A stretch of DNA of 62,255 nt, the filler included. It is 7 parts of 7 records of this genome, joined end to end, with 100 filler letters (N's around TTAATTAATTAA, not from the genome) between each part and the next. Parts side by side here need not be neighbours in the genome. Positions count along the whole stretch, not along the records: positions 6,554 to 22,032 come from SRR31147125_26818; 6 more parts are not named here. One strand, written 5' to 3'. Below are positions 10,100-21,339 of the stretch, in pieces. A program made the position numbers and the translations under genes. The first letter of the stretch is position 1, and each line of letters opens with the position of its first letter. The notes under the pieces are model-generated. The model searched no databases. It was given only the letters and a program-made list of their open reading frames with translations, and was not told the origin of the DNA.

Positions 10100-11122
10100 C
10101 TAGAAATTAATCTGCCATTTAGCGCCGTAGTAGACGATTTCAGACTGTTCTTTTCCGTCAAGATCGTTTTTATGATCAATCATGCCGATTTCAGGAATAA
10201 TGAAGACACCCGGTGCAAGGGTGATTTTTGTCTGGGCATATAAACAGTCAACAGCATCTTCCTGGGAATCTGCCTTGTCGAGTTCTGCTTCTGTGTGGCT
10301 GTAACCTGCTTCAACGGAAAACATATCATTGATCTTCGCACCGGCCACGAGAAGAAAACCATAGGACTCGTTGTCTATGACCTTGGTGCCGTCCAATACA
10401 GGATCGCAGTCCACTTTGGTGGCCATTTTATAGGGGCCCATGTTCTGTGCCAAGAAGGCGAGTCCACGAATATAGACATTGGCAAATTTTACGCCGGCAC
10501 CCAATGCCCCAATATAAGAGTCAATATCATAGGACGCTGCACCGCCATTGATTTCATAGCTCTGATAACCGGCACCGAAATCGACAAATACATTTTTCAT
10601 ATCCAGTCTGTAGCTGGCTTCGACCTTGGGAAGGGAAACTTCTGTGGTGCCTTGGCCAAAGTCTTTGGCTTCGGGCCTGACTGCGGCAATTTTGAGGTTG
10701 CCGAAAGTCAGCCTGAGCATGGCGCGACGTCCTGTGTTCATTCCGCCATAATCAAATGAGTTATTATCGTTACCATATACCTGATTGCCGTAGAACCAGG
10801 TAAGGGGGGTGCTTGTCTGACCGACCAGGAATTTACCGGCACCGAAATTCCATTCTCCATAGAGATGACGGATATTGGCATACCCATTGGCTGAACCATA
10901 TTCAAAACGGCCGTTTAATTCATCACTGACCTTAACCCTGGCACCGATCCGTGCGTTGCTCTGAAGGCCCTGGGAAAGGGTGGTGGTGTCCGGATTGTCA
11001 GTATCCGTTACAAATGTTGAAACACGGGCGGAACCATAGAAGTTCCAGTCAGCTGAAAATGCTGACATTGTACATACAGCAACCATTGCAAGGGCAATAG
11101 CCGTAATTTTTGCAAGTTTCAA
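10100..11122 (-). CDS. Outer-membrane porin-like beta-barrel protein (Desulfobacteraceae type)
   Basis: Signal peptide ending AFSA-DWNFYGSAR, amphipathic strands, C-terminal WQINF. A TTG start at 11122 after an AAGGAG RBS is preferred over 11149. Confidence 0.75.
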   Translation of the reverse strand: MKLAKITAIALAMVAVCTMSAFSADWNFYGSARVSTFVTDTDNPDTTTLSQGLQSNARIGARVKVSDELNGRFEYGSANGYANIRHLYGEWNFGAGKFLVGQTSTPLTWFYGNQVYGNDNNSFDYGGMNTGRRAMLRLTFGNLKIAAVRPEAKDFGQGTTEVSLPKVEASYRLDMKNVFVDFGAGYQSYEINGGAASYDIDSYIGALGAGVKFANVYIRGLAFLAQNMGPYKMATKVDCDPVLDGTKVIDNESYGFLLVAGAKINDMFSVEAGYSHTEAELDKADSQEDAVDCLYAQTKITLAPGVFIIPEIGMIDHKNDLDGKEQSEIVYYGAKWQINF

Positions 11123-11276
11123 TTTTTCTCCTTTTTTAACTAAAGTCATACCATCTGCAAATCAAGGCTGAAAAACATGGGTTTCAACATGTTTCTCTTG
11201 GATAAAAACATCGGCCTTTATTCCTTTTGTGTCCGGGCGTTCCTTATGGGCGCACCCTTATTTTACCAAAGCCTAT

Positions 11277-11292
11277 ATCAATTTTTATGCCA
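11277..11292 (-). promoter_or_regulatory. Putative sigma54 -24/-12 promoter for the porin
   Basis: TGGCATAAAAATTGAT = GG-N10-GA (-12 variant), ~155 bp upstream of the start. Confidence 0.5.
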
Positions 11293-11795
11293 GTCATCTT
11301 CCTTGTCCTAACCCTCTGGTTCCTTGGTGTTTTTGCAAATGCTGTGAATATTTTCTCCGAAAAGGAATATGTCACATATGACAGAGCGTTTTGATTTTTG
11401 TCGTATACAGCTATCGGATTGTCGCCCGCAGCATATTTCCCAGCATTGCAATGCCGGGGCAACATTTTCAGGCCAGGTTTTAAGGGGTTTGACAATATGG
11501 AGTTGAAACGGTAAAGGTGCATGGTCCGATATTCAAAAACGGCGTTATAGGGCATTGAGCGTATCCAGGGATTGGGGCGGTGGGCAGCATCCCCTTGCCG
11601 GATTGACCAGGGGCGCCTGAAAATCGACTGGGGATCTGTAACGATCATAGGAACCAAATAGAAAAGATGACATGTATTGTGTCGCCTGTAATGGCCTGTG
11701 GTTGGGCATGTCTGCAGATATTTATGACGACCTATGGATATACTGGACCGCCTTTAAGCATCCGGACGGCCTGGAATAAATAAAAGGAAGGTAAT

Positions 11796-13175
11796 ATGTT
11801 TCCACTCAGAAAAAGCGGCATTATCATCATTGTATTGACCAGCCTTATGCTCACAGGCTGTGCATATAAAACCCATATCAAGCAGGGCGATGCCTATCTG
11901 GCAGCGGGCAATGCGGAACTTGCCGCCGGGGAGTATGAAAAATCTCTCAGCCTTAAATCAGATCAGCCTCAAACCAGAAAAAGATAGAATCAGCCCAACG
12001 CATGATAAAGGCGTGGCGATCCGACCTGATCCATCGGGCAAGGGAGGCGGAAATCCGTAAACTCCATGGTCTGGCTCTGATCCTGTACACCAAGGCAAAC
12101 CGAATCGAAAAGAGCGGCAGCCTTGAGGTAAAGGCCGGTCTTCTCCGGGGCCTTCTGGCGGACACGTATGGTTTTAAGGCGGGGTTTGTCATACGGAAAA
12201 GTGAATTTCCACAATTAAATCGGGATATAAAAACGTCCTTCAACTATGTGGCGGCGGCGTTTCAAAACAGACCGGTTTATATAGAGCTGGTTGAAAACAA
12301 AACAGACCTGAAAGACGGATACTATACCCTTTCTTTTAAAAGGCCAGAATTTCGGAAGAGCATCCATGAAATCACCCGCACAGACGACTATGTTTCCGGA
12401 AGCGTTTCCGTGGAGAATCCCGAATATCTAAGATGCCTCGACACCATCCACCACAAATGGGAGGACATGGCTTATCTTAAAAGGAAAAAACGGGCGGTAA
12501 AAGAAAAAATAGTCTACTACAGGAACCGTGTTAAGGGGGAAAAACCTTCCCCCGACAGTGAAACCTGGGCCGAACATCAGTTAAGAGAATCAAGGGCACG
12601 CCTTGAGGTCCTGTTTGATGAGATGGACGAACTTTACGACGATATCCACCGCCAGGAACAAAGGCTGAGGAAAATACCCCAAACCGTCATGGAAACAGTC
12701 TACGATACCTGGAGCTATCCTGTAAAACAGCATACAAAGGCCGCGCAGATGAATATGACCGTTATAAAAGAGAATGCCGCCAGGTTCAATGGGGATCTCA
12801 AGGTCTCTTACCTTGATGAGGAACATGGGCCCCAGCCCGTTATGGATCTGCCCGGGGACCCACTCAGCCTTCCTTCAGATAATGAGATGCAAAAAGACCT
12901 TGGGGCAGCGGCCAGGAGAAAAATTCGAAATAATTGTCCAAGAAGACTTCAACCATTACCGGGAAAGGTTTAGATTAAAGGTTCCCAAAGAGGCGTCAAG
13001 GGAGAAACGCGCAAATCAGCTTGTGATTTACGCACTCCTGGACATTCTCCATATCCCGGAAGATATCTGCATGGAACTGACATCCGTCATGAAAGAATTG
13101 GTTGGCCCTACAGGTGTCATCGGTCCGGATATTTTAAAACAGGGGCCGGTATCGCCATGCCCCCTGACACCGTAA
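11796..13175 (+). CDS. Hypothetical lipoprotein with N-terminal TPR and central coiled coil (split by two homopolymer indels)
   Basis: RBS AGGAAGG, lipobox LTGC, TPR-like GDAYLAAGNAELAAGEYEKSLSLKSD. The three ORFs join at A5 runs 11978-11982 and 12919-12923. Confidence 0.7.
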
Positions 13176-13451
13176 AAAAACAATAATTCGCGGACTGCGG
13201 GGGGGCGGTGTAGCCGCCTGGGATACCCCCTGACACGTATCTGAACTGTGGCTTGAACCTGGGGATGCATTCAGACCCGTCTTTCCAAGCTGCATGACAT
13301 TTTTTGGAGCGGCATTGATTTCTGCCCGGTGGATACGTCGGCAGGTGATAATAGAGGAAATGGTCGAAACGATGAGCGCAATGGGCATGATAATGCCGGC
13401 AATCCGGAAGGAGGGACTTACTATCATCAGGGCGATCCTTTGAGCTCATAA

Positions 13452-13607
13452 ATGACCTTGGTGTTCTTTTTTAAATCCCTGGCGGTCACCCGGCTGAATA
13501 ACCGTCATCTGTTTGAAACGGCGCTGACCCAGGAGGTTTAGCGGACCCATCTCAGCAAGCAGCCCTTGGCCTTGTTTGTGATCGATATCTATTGTTTTAT
13601 TGGCTGA
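13452..13607 (+). pseudogene. Degenerate GGDEF (diguanylate cyclase) N-terminal fragment
   Basis: KSLAVTRLNNRHLFETALTQEV*RTHLSKQPLALFVIDIYCF resembles the LA.TD.LTGL.NRR.F...L..E..R......PL.L..IDID.FK consensus. In-frame TAG at 13539; rest of the domain absent. Confidence 0.6.
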
Positions 13608-13719
13608 TCAGGCCCAATAAACGGAACTGCATTGACATAGATTGAATTCTTAACCGGGTGATTCTTACAATCCGGAAAGAATTTGTGGCACCCCCATGGC
13701 GGCAGGTGCCGGGGTTTAA

Positions 13720-14556
13720 TTATTTCCGGGCTGTGCAGAAGATCAGTTCCTCTGCCCCGCATAGGTCGCTTGGGGGCAGAAGCCCTTCCTTAAACATGAC
13801 AGATTCAAAGCCTCCGGCCGATACCATGGCCTCAAGGCCGCCATGTGAAAAGACATGGGTGTAGAACCGGTAGACTTCAATGCCCCCCTTTTCATCCAGA
13901 ACCATATGTTGATTCAGGACCACGTTTTCATGGGGATAGGAAAAGCTTTCCGACAGGGCCAGGTAGGGGCTGTTTTTCCAGAATCCTTTTTGGGCGGCCT
14001 CCCAGGACCGGGTCAGGGGGTGGCGGGTCAGCCAGCCGGTATTCAGCACATCAAATATGAATCGGCCCCCCGGTTTTAAGGCCCGGTAAATCCTGCCAAG
14101 CAGATCTTTTCTCTGGTCCGGGAAAAGCACCCCGAAATCCGTGAATATCATCATGACCAGGTCGTACCGGTTTTCATGGTCCAGGGAGAGGTAGTCCTGG
14201 TTCAGATAGGTGATCCCAAGATGCTGCCGGGCTGCGCTCTGCCTGGCATGGTCAATGGACCGGGGGGAAAAATCCACGCCTGTGATCTCATGGCCCATGG
14301 AGGCCAGGCGTTCGGCATAGAGGCCTGGACCGCATCCCAGATCCAGGATGGCGGCGGGTTTCCCGGTCAGGCCGCCTGAAATCCAGTCAATGGTGGCGGT
14401 AATGGCCGGCGCTTTCCTTGAGGCCAGATCCGTCTCCTGGCTCAGGTGGATCCTAAGCAATTGTTCTGAAATATGGGGGTCGGTCCACATAACGGCCGTA
14501 CCCGGGGTGTAAATGGGTGGTTTTTCACTTGCCTGAATCAATGCATTTAGGTTCAT
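13720..14556 (-). CDS. Class I SAM-dependent methyltransferase
   Basis: ILDLGCGPGLY motif I, GVDFS, ALKPGGRFIFD. Confidence 0.9.
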   Translation of the reverse strand: MNLNALIQASEKPPIYTPGTAVMWTDPHISEQLLRIHLSQETDLASRKAPAITATIDWISGGLTGKPAAILDLGCGPGLYAERLASMGHEITGVDFSPRSIDHARQSAARQHLGITYLNQDYLSLDHENRYDLVMMIFTDFGVLFPDQRKDLLGRIYRALKPGGRFIFDVLNTGWLTRHPLTRSWEAAQKGFWKNSPYLALSESFSYPHENVVLNQHMVLDEKGGIEVYRFYTHVFSHGGLEAMVSAGGFESVMFKEGLLPPSDLCGAEELIFCTARK

Positions 14557-14709
14557 GACAGATCCTTTTGTTTCTTTGGGTATAGCAGTGTCCCATTCCT
14601 GAACAGGGACAGGATATACCAGTGGTGTAAATGGAATTTTTGATAAATGGACGGCCTGCCCAGGGGCATGGCGTAAAAGGATATGTGAGTGATCAGTTCA
14701 TGGGCCGGT

Positions 14710-14738
14710 CTTATACCCCATTCCCCATTTCGGGTCAA
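14710..14738 (-). promoter_or_regulatory. Putative sigma70 promoter of the methyltransferase
   Basis: TTGACC-N17-TATAAG on the minus strand, ~150 nt upstream of the ATG. Confidence 0.5.
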
Positions 14739-14975
14739 GTTTGAATCCGGCCGGGGGATCTCTGAAACCGTTGGGGGTGGAGAATGGGGCAAAACGACCA
14801 TAATGTATGTAAAAAATGGAATAATATTACTCAATATTATGAAATAAATGTAATATTTTTTTTGGTTTGCATAAAACTGCAGGATCCTGGTTTTTTCAAC
14901 AGAAATATTAAATGGAGTCTAAGTCTGGAATAAAAAAAGGAATCCTTTGTTCGTGGCCTGACCTCCGGTATGGGA

Positions 14976-14991
14976 AGGCATGATACTTGCT
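14976..14991 (+). promoter_or_regulatory. sigma54 -24/-12 promoter
   Basis: AGGCATGATACTTGCT = GG-N10-GC, ~90 bp upstream of the repeat-protein gene. Confidence 0.65.
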
Positions 14992-15078
14992 GTAACTGCC
15001 CCCGGAAAAACACACAAGCGGACTTGAACTTGAGATTGAACTGCGGGACTGATGCGCCATTATTCTGAAAGGGATGCT

Positions 15079-18000
15079 ATGACACGAAATACGGCTGGAA
15101 ACCGGTTAATACACGGATTCTTATTTTTTTATGCATGCTGCTGCCCCCCTCCAGGGGACCCATGCAGCAGAATTTTATTACAACCCTTCAAACCAGGATG
15201 ACGGCTTCCATTATATGGATGAAAACATCTGGACCTCACCGGATGCGGTTTCTTCGCCCAACGGCCATATCGCCCCCCTCTCCGGTGCGGATATTTACCT
15301 GGATTCGGGCACCAATACACAGGCGCAGATCTATTTTCGGTATATGGAAGGGAGCCCCTACAGCTATATCCCTCAATTCAATAAACTGGTCATTGGCACA
15401 GACGTGGACTCCCAGGGCCAGGTTGAACTCTGGTCTTCCAGGAATGTGTCCAACCCGGTCCTTTCCACCAGCGTCACCAATATCGCCGACTGGGGAAAAG
15501 TACTTTTTAAATTGCGCCGTGGCGCCACCCATCAAGTCAGTAAGTATTTGTATCTGGCCATGGGTAGCAGCAGCCAGGGCGTTTATGATATGGAAGCCGG
15601 GACGCTCTATTCGGCAGACGGCGGATTTGATCTGGTTGCCGGAGGATTGGGCACAGGCGAGTTCAAGCAGTCCGGGGGGCGGGTTGACCTGGGCCAGGGC
15701 AGCCTGACCCTGGGCCTTGCACGGGGGCATTCATACGTAGGCAACGGCATCTATACCCTTTCGGGCCCGGGCACACTGACGGCCAGAGAACAGATCGTCG
15801 GCAGTGAGGGGAATGGTCAATTCACCCAGACCGGCGGTGAAAACAAGGTGGCCGAAAGCCTGGCCATCGCAGCAGTTGAAGGCGGTAACGGCACCTACAC
15901 CATGTCGGGGGGACTCCTGACCCATACCCAGACTGCGGACGGGTTTGATTTAACCATTGGGGCTGAAGGTACCGGTAGTTTTATCCATACCGGCGGCACC
16001 GTGGATCTGGGTAACGGCCGTCTGGAATTGGGCGGAGGAGGTGCCTCATCTTACGGGTCCTACCGTCTTTCCGGTGCCGGAACCTCCCTGACGGCCTTTG
16101 TCGAAGATATCGGATCCACCCGGGGAGAGGGGGTGTTTTACCAGGACGGCGGGATGAATAGGATAGAAAATTGTATGGTAATAGGCAATGCCTCCCCTGC
16201 CACCGGCACCTATTATATGCAGGGGGGACACTGGGGGCAACGGACAGCGGGTTTGTGTTAACTGCCGGATACCGGGGCAAAGGCAGTTTTGAACAGACCG
16301 GGGGCACCGTTGACCTTGGCGTCGACCGTTTTGAACTGGGGGTCAGTGAGGGCAGCCAGGGCAGCTATACCCTTTCAGGGGATACCTCGTCTCTTCTGGC
16401 AGGCAATATGTATGTGGGGAAGACGGGCTCAGGGACCGTGAACCAGTCCGGGGGCGATGTCCGTTTAAAAGAGGCGCTTAGCCTGGGGAAGGCAACGGGG
16501 GGCAGCGGCACCTACACCATGAATGGCGGCAGCCTTGGGGCCAGTGATGGCGGATTTTATCTATATGTCGGCTACTCCGGCACGGGACTGTTTGATCACA
16601 AGGGCGGCAGTGTCGATCTTGGGTCAAACAATAACGCTGTACTCTTTCTTGGAGAGACTCTCGGCAGCAAGGGGTATTACAATCTTTCCGGGGCGGATGC
16701 CTCTTTGACAGCCGTTGCCGAGCATATCGGACGGGCAGGCGGTGAGGGCCATTTTGCCCACAGCAGCGGTGAAAACAGGATTGAACGCATGATGGCTATG
16801 GGCAGCTCATTGAGTTCCAAGGGGACCTATACCATGAGCGGCGGTATCCTGAAGGCCTCCGATGGCGGATGCGATATCACGGTTGCAGGAATGGGAACAG
16901 GGACGTTTAAGCAGGACGGCGGTACAGTAGATCTGGGGTACGGCAGCTTGATAATGGGAAAATTTTCAACCGGCAAAGGGACGTATACCCTTTCCAAGGA
17001 AGGATCGTCCTTAAAAGCGCATAGAATAACCGTGGGAGAATCCGGAACCGGCCTGTTCACCCAGACAGGCGGAGAGGTCCATGCACAAACCACCCTTATT
17101 CTGGGTGATAAAACCGGCAGCAGCGGGACCTATGATCTTTCAGGATCAGGACAATTGCACACAGCCAATGAAGCCATCGGCCTGGATGGTACGGGATCCT
17201 TTAATCAGACCGGCGGCACCCACACCGTAAGCCAGACCATGACCATCGCAGGCCAGGGCGACAGCTTTGGAAATTATAATTTAAGTGATGGGACCCTGTC
17301 CGCCGCCCTTATCGACAATCGGGGCAGTTTTTCCCAGTCCGGGGGATCCCTTGATGGGACCGTCTTCCACAACCGGGGATCATTTGACTATTCCGGCGGC
17401 ACCTTTGACTCCCATCTGCACCTTCACGGGGGAAGTTCGTTCAGTTTCTATGCCCCCGAGTTCACCGCAGGCCGCGGGATGACCAATGATTCCGATTTTA
17501 TGCTCTATAACCACGACAGCACCTTGAATGCGAACGGTCCTGGCCTGGTGAACAATAATAAATTTACATTTTACGGCAGCACCCTCGGGGGGACCGGTGC
17601 ACTGGTCAACGCCGGCATGATGTCGGCTTCTGGGACCATCGCAGGTTCCGGCGGATTCTTGAACGAGGGGATCTTTGAGCAGAACGGCACCCTTGAGATC
17701 AGCAATACAGGGATCAATGAAAACCGGATGCTGTTTACCTTGAGCCCGGCCGATACCGGTGTGCTCAACCTCACCGGGGGCAGTTTGGAAAACAGCGGCA
17801 CCATGGTTATGAATACCGCCATGATTACGGGAACAGCCCGGCTGATCAACAGGGCCGGGGGCACCATTAAGGGCGACGGCCTGATTGGTTCAGGGTTTGC
17901 CAATGAGGGGCGCCTCCTGGTATCCGGCAATACCGGCATTTCCCGGGACTTTACCAATGCCGGGGTCATTGAACTGGATCATTCCGGGGCCGATCTGTCC

Positions 18001-19083
18001 GGCGGGGCCATCACCAATACGGGAAGTATCCACGGCCGGGGCCAGGTGGCCAATGCCGTCACCAATACGGGCACCATCGAAGCCTTTGGGGGGATTCTGA
18101 CCCTGGGGGGGAAAATCGCCAATGCAGATGGCGGCCGGATGGCGGCCGTATCCGGCAATAAACTTCTGGTCACCCGGGGACTTTCGGACAACCAGGGGCT
18201 TATTTCGGTTCAAGGGGGCATCTTTGACAATAACGGCCAAACCATGACCAACGGGGGCAGCATTTCAGGTTACGGTACGGTTCGGACCGGGGGGCTGACC
18301 AATGGGGGGGGCATACTCCTTGCCGGCGGCACCAGCACCGTGGACGGCAGTGTTGCCAATGGGATCCAGGGCCAGATCGAAGTGGCCCACGGCCATGCCA
18401 CATTTAATGGTGATGTGGAGAACTTTGGCCTGTTTAAAACCACAGAGGCCACGGTCTCCTTTGCCGGCAGTTTTACCAATAACGGCACCTATTTCAGTGA
18501 TCCCTCCACCCAGACCTTTGGGGATCTCATTGTCAATGAGGACGGGGTCCTCATCGGCCAGGAGGCAGGGGATATCTTCCAGGTCCGGGGGGATTTTCTC
18601 AATGCCAGTACCCGGCATATGGACTGGGACACCACCCGGGCCGGGCTTGAATTCGTGAGCAACGGCGGGGATAATGTCCACAACATGGATCTTGCAGGCA
18701 GGGACCTGGGGGGTGAACTGACAGGGTTTCTGGACAATTTTGCCTGGGGCCGCATGGATATTTCAGGCAACGCCCTGAATCTGTTTGACGGCAACTCCCA
18801 GGCCGGCGGGGGATTTTATGTGGGCATCCTGACCGGGCTGGAGATAGATGCCGGGCTGATCAGTAATATTACCGGCAGTGAGGGCCTGAACCTTTATTAT
18901 CTGGCCGGCCTTGATGAAAACGCCTACCTGGGCGGCCTCTCCTATGACCTTTTCCAGGGCGGGCGGCTCATTGCCGTGGGCGGCGATGCCATGCCCACCC
19001 CGATCCCCGGGGGGCTGTGGCTCATGTGCTCCGGGCTGATCTGTCTGGCAGGGATCGGCCGACTGAGGCCCTGGCGCCCATAA
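15079..19083 (+). CDS. Large Gly-rich beta-solenoid repeat surface protein with PEP-CTERM/VPLPA-CTERM-like tail (~1330 aa; split by homopolymer indels near 15124-15150 and 16222-16227)
   Basis: ATG at 15079 with signal-peptide-like start; five ~103-aa repeats (GTYTM.GG.L...D.GF.L..G..G.G.F...GG.VDLG); C-terminal PTPIPGGLWLMCSGLICLAGIGRLR. Confidence 0.75.
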
Positions 19084-19153
19084 GGTTTATTCCGGGGTTC
19101 CCCCCTTTATTTGAGATTGAAAAATCGGGTAAAGCCTGATAGAGGGGGGACCC

Positions 19154-20298
19154 ATGAAACCCATTGCCCTGGAAATGGCGGTATGTGCCCTGGTCACGGC
19201 CGCCTTTACAAATATTTATATTACCCAGCCCATTCTGCCGGTGCTGGAGGCGGAATTCGGCGTCTCCACGGTATCGGTCTCCCTGACCGTTTCCCTGGTC
19301 ATTCTGGGCATTGTCCTTTCCAACCTTTTTTTCGGCTATCTTTCCGACCGAATGGCCATCCATCCCATCCTCTGCACAGGGGGGCTGTTTGTGGCGGCCG
19401 GCGGCCTGGTCTGCGCCCTGACCCATGATTTTTATATCCTTGCAGGGGCCCGCCTGGTTCAGGGCCTGTTTCTGCCGGCCCTGACCACCAGCCTGGCGGC
19501 CTGGCTGGCCAAGAACCTGCCCCAGGAAAAGCTGGGGGTGGTCATGGGGACCTATGTGGCGGCCACGGTATTGGGCGGCCTTGGGGGCGGCTTCTGGGGG
19601 GATGGATCCATCCTCCCCTCCACTGGCGGTATGCATTTTTTTCCGCTGCCGGATTCATTGCAGGGGCCACCCTTTTGGCGGTCTTTGTTCTGCCCCGGCC
19701 CAGGCCTTCCCAAGGAAGGCCCACAGGGGAACGCCTGGGATTTTTCGCCCTGGTCCGGAAAAAGGATCTTTTATGGCTGTTCGGTGTGGGCGCGTCCGGA
19801 CTGTTTGTTTTTTCCCCGGTGTTCAATTATCTGCCCTATAGGCTTTCAGGGCCGCCTTTCGGGTATTCCACCGAAATGATCACCCTGGTTTACCTGGTCT
19901 ATATCCTGGGCATTATTCTCGGACCGGTTGCCGGCCGGGTTTCCCGGACCCTGGGGGGCGGCAATACCCTGATTCTGGGCAGCCTGGCCCTGGGCGCCGG
20001 ACTGGGACTGCTTTTAATCCCTGCGGTCTGGGCCGTGATGGCCGGTCTTTTGACGGTATGTGCCGGATTCTTCACCATCCACGCCACAGCCGTGGGGCTG
20101 TTAAACCAGAAATTGAGCCACAGCCAGGGCCGTGCCAATGCCCTTTATGTGCTTTTTTATTATATCGGGGGATGGCTGGGCATTACCGGGGCCGGGTTCG
20201 CCTATGAGGCCTCAGGGTGGGCCGGGATGGTGGCCGGGGTGGCCCTGGGGCTAGGGTTCCCATTGGCCGCAGGCATACGGGAGCGCAAAAGATCCTGA
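19154..20298 (+). CDS. MFS transporter, YnfM-like (frameshift at G5, 19583-19587)
   Basis: IYITQPILP, FGYLSDR, ARLVQGLFLP. Adding one G restores GGLGGRLLGGWI and joins the two halves. Confidence 0.85.
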
Positions 20299-20306
20299 AA
20301 TCCGGC

Positions 20307-20987
20307 CTAACCCATGAGGATGCGCCCAAGGCCGGGTTCATCCTTGATGAGAATGGTTCTTTTGTGAACAGCGATGATATCCTCTGCGGCCAGCTTGGCC
20401 AGTTCCCTTGAAAGGGAGGGCCGTGATACGTTCATATATTCGGCCCAGTCCTTTTTGGAAAAGGGAAGCTCAATGGTAAGGGACCGGTTCTGCCGGGCCG
20501 ACCGGAGCAGGAAGTCGGCAATCCGTTCCTGGATGCCGTTAAGGGAGAGGTTGGCGATTTTCTCTTTCAATGTGATCATGGCGTTGGAGACCGAGGCCAG
20601 GAAATTGACCATGATTTCCCGGTCCTGGGCAAACAGGGTGACCAGTTCATCCCGGTGCAGGGTCAGGACCCGGCAGGGGGTGCGGGCCGCAAGGGTGGCC
20701 GGGTAATGGGGGGCGTGGGCAAAGAGGGCGGGCGCAGCCAGAAGATCCGGCGCCTCTTTTTTGTCGATGATCACCATTTTTCCGTTGGGAAACAGCTTCT
20801 GGGCATGGGCTCTGCCGGATAAGAGAATGCCCAGGGTGTCGGCAGCCATGTCCGGGGAAAATATGATTTCGTTTCTTTTAAACCCTTTTATCCTGTATCG
20901 GATCCCATCCAAAAGGGCGTCAATCTCATCCAGGGTTTTATTTTTAAAAAGATCTGACTGATCAAGGCCGGTCAATTGGTGGTCCAT
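20307..20987 (-). CDS. Crp/Fnr-family transcriptional regulator (HcpR-like)
   Basis: cNMP-binding-like domain; C-terminal HTH WAEYMNVSRPSLSRELAKL. Confidence 0.9.
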   Translation of the reverse strand: MDHQLTGLDQSDLFKNKTLDEIDALLDGIRYRIKGFKRNEIIFSPDMAADTLGILLSGRAHAQKLFPNGKMVIIDKKEAPDLLAAPALFAHAPHYPATLAARTPCRVLTLHRDELVTLFAQDREIMVNFLASVSNAMITLKEKIANLSLNGIQERIADFLLRSARQNRSLTIELPFSKKDWAEYMNVSRPSLSRELAKLAAEDIIAVHKRTILIKDEPGLGRILMG

Positions 20988-21339
20988 ATCTCCTTATATC
21001 CGGATTTTATGAGTGTGACATAAAATGTTTTTCATGCCATACTATATAGTCTATTCTGGGATAAAAACAAGCGGGGTTGAAAATCAATGGATATTTTTTC
21101 ACCTTGCCGTCCCCTCCCTATACCCGGATCTCGGAATAGAGCCGCGTATTGACACGGCTTTATTCAGGATTTAAATTTTGTGGAATATGTGAAGCAAATT
21201 TAACAGTTCCGTCAAAGTCTGTCAGGTGAACAAGACGGCTTTACCAGGGTGTGAAATCGGATGGATAATGGCATTTTGCGCATACAGCCGGCGGTCCATG
21301 ACGGTTTACCCCTAAAATGCCATAAGGAGGGAAGGGCTC

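Noticed and set aside
11244-11657. 137-aa ORF and possible riboswitch between porin and lipoprotein
   Set aside because: No RBS or motif, overlaps the putative sigma54 promoter, and no recognisable aptamer consensus.
13539-13541. In-frame TAG in the GGDEF-like stretch as possible pyrrolysine read-through
   Set aside because: The fragment also lacks the DxLT motif and the catalytic half; decay is the simpler explanation.
21010-21035. GTGTGACAT upstream of the Crp/Fnr gene as an HcpR/Crp site
   Set aside because: Only a half site; no matching TCACA arm.
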